From Ruditapes philippinarum (Eukaryota), in the NCBI RefSeq assembly GCF_026571515.1, contig NW_026854357.1:1-64000 (forward strand): a DNA stretch of 64,000 bases. Direction: 5' to 3'. The notes under the pieces were generated by a model. That model ran no database searches. It was not told where the DNA came from and worked only from the letters and a program-made list of their open reading frames with translations. Every line of letters begins with the position of its first letter. Within the stretch, counting starts at the first letter, position 1. Of this stretch, positions 62,750 to 64,000 are shown piece after piece. Position numbers and translations under genes: made by a program.

Positions 62750-64000
62750 TTAACAACTAATTACTTGTACAGGTAAAGAGTGATTCATGTATTCAAATAT
62801 GTGACGCTGAACGTGTATTATTTTTCACTTTACAAGTAGGCAAATTGTAAAACAGTGCAAATATTCAAACACATGTCATTACATTAAACCAGTGTAAAGC
62901 TTAAATTTATGCTCTAAAATTGATTTGCCAATTGCTGCATTAAGTGTGTAGATATATCAAAAGCCTAAAATGAACTTCCGGTACAAACTATCGACATAAA
63001 TTGTTGATAAGCTATTTCAAATTGCTTTTCTCCCTTTATTGTTTGCAACAGGAAAAACGACTTTTTATCTGTTAATGTCAGACAGGATATACAAACAAAG
63101 CTTTATTAGACAATACTGATAAATTGCGTGCAGTTTCCTGGGATTTTTTCTTTGTAATGACGATATGAGATTTTGCTGGATTGTTTGTCTTGTTTCTTGG
63201 TTTATTATTATGTATCTAATTTAAAAAGGAACATGCATGCTTTAATTTTTTGTACGGATTCGACAATATTATATATTGTTTAAAGGAAAGTTCACAAAAG
63301 TCTACGTATGTTTTTTTGTAAGAAGTAAATGTAAGACAATGTAAGACCGTGTCGTGTGCAAAATATATGTCTCACTGAATTATGATGTTGCAAAAACAAA
63401 GATTTTAGTCTCATGTGTTATAAACAAGACTACAGAAGTAAACGAAGACTCTTATTCAAATAGATTGTCAAAATATTTTAATAATATGGTGTGATAAACA
63501 TGTACAAAAAAAATTTTAAAAGCACATTAATTATCTAACATTTGATCTGAAATTTATTATCAAAATAAATAAAGTTTATAAATGTGTATTTGTATAAACT
63601 TAAGACAATTGTCACTTGATATAATAAATAAATTCAATATATAGTTAATATTTTTCAAATCGTAAATTATGTCCAGACGTATTTATACGTCTGCTTCAAA
63701 GTATACATTAAGATAACGTCTCTTCTACAAATAAACAGTGACGGCATGACCGGGTGGTTTACACACATAATCAGTTATATAAGATTTGCTTGACGGTTGA
63801 ATTACAACATCGTGAGGATCTAGCCGTTGTGCCCTTCTACAAGAAACTATAAACACATTGATTTGTTCAATGGTTGCATTTAAGGTCTAATTGAACCTAC
63901 ACTGTGCGTCCTGTAGAAGATTTATTTGTACATTGTGTATCTAAACAGTTTTAAACGACGAACACTTAAACACAATTGTTTTACTTATATCCTAAATTCG
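62750..64000 (-). pseudogene. 3' (TIR-side) part of another TLR-like pseudogene, running off the right edge
   Basis: KVVFPVANNK...SIVCTG / EVHFRLLIYLH...AAIGKS at 62915-63065. Paralogous to 25790-27780. Confidence 0.5.
63739..63870 (+). mobile_element. CORE-type SINE at the position paralogous to 27383
   Basis: GACGGCATGACCGGGTGGTT...CAAGAAACTATAAACACATTG, with the same flanks as the 27383 copy. Confidence 0.65.

Overview
This is AT-rich eukaryotic genomic DNA, most likely a bivalve mollusc, judging by its SINE and Helentron-type repeat families. It contains no intact long ORF, and all calls come from manual translation and alignment by eye. The left third (1-21.6 kb) is a nest of mobile-element relics: (i) a Helitron/Helentron DUF6570-type ORF split by a non-autonomous HINE insertion, (ii) further HINEs with ~165-bp internal repeats, (iii) an unusual RT-less module of SGNH esterase + repeat-rich control region + spliced tyrosine-recombinase (YR) gene with a Pro-rich linker and Myb-like tail, (iv) a YqaJ-exonuclease/PHD relic, (v) a hAT element with an 8-bp TSD, (vi) a second, convergent YR-type gene whose last four exons still splice in frame, and (vii) a Tc1 derivative. 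The right two-thirds (23-64 kb) appear to be a head-to-tail minus-strand array of about eight heavily decayed Toll-like-receptor-like (LRR-TM-TIR) pseudogenes, some of which look duplicated after inactivation. They are interspersed with tRNA-derived SINEs, a LINE 3' fragment and a young 292-bp satellite. The segment at ~41.6-50.5 kb looks insertion-garbled and may be low-quality consensus.
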